Part shown: in pieces, positions 63,914-64,000 of the stretch
Numbering within the stretch: the first letter of the stretch is position 1
Layout: each line of letters opens with the position of its first letter
NCBI RefSeq assembly: GCF_009914755.1
Contig: NC_060930.1
Reading direction: 5' to 3' (one strand)
Length of the DNA: 64,000 nucleotides
Origin: the human T2T-CHM13v2.0 reference genome, Homo sapiens
Notes under the pieces: model-generated
The model's database searches: none
Told to the model about the DNA's origin: nothing
The model's input: the letters and a program-made list of their open reading frames with translations, nothing else
Translations under genes and position numbers: made by a program

Positions 63914-64000
63914 TATTGAGACAGATGATGCCACGGACACACCAAGAGGGTATGAAAAAGTTTATAATGCACACAATGAGACTTTCTGGGGATGGCAGAA
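63914..64000. mobile_element. Possible LTR start, cut by window end
   Basis: GAGACAGATGATGCCA...ATGAAAAAGTTTAT...AATGAGACTTTCTGGG resembles old ERVL LTR ends. Confidence 0.3.

Overview
This 64-kb window is AT-rich, CpG-depleted primate (most likely human) intergenic or intronic DNA. I can support no intact protein-coding gene, RNA gene, CpG-island promoter or CRISPR array. It is dominated by interspersed repeats: about 22 Alus (AluS, AluY, one monomer), old and young L1 pieces, MIR/L2 relics, MaLR/ERV solo LTRs (THE1, MST, MLT1, MER57) and DNA-transposon fossils (MER6A, MER30, MADE1, MER47B, MER91A, MER5). The only gene-derived feature is a full-length, disabled processed RPL5 pseudogene (~61973-63035). 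It sits in an old L1 (~56.3-63.9 kb) that has also collected five AluY pieces, a MER47B and a 31-bp hairpin minisatellite. The ORFs in the supplied track are mostly repeat- or low-complexity-derived or short chance ORFs; the two at 62202 and 62470 are RPL5 pseudogene remnants. I found no convincing new biological system. The findings concern insertion history, non-B DNA and a few candidate regulatory segments. Repeat subfamily calls come from remembered consensus sequences and should be confirmed with RepeatMasker/Dfam; boundaries of old elements are approximate.
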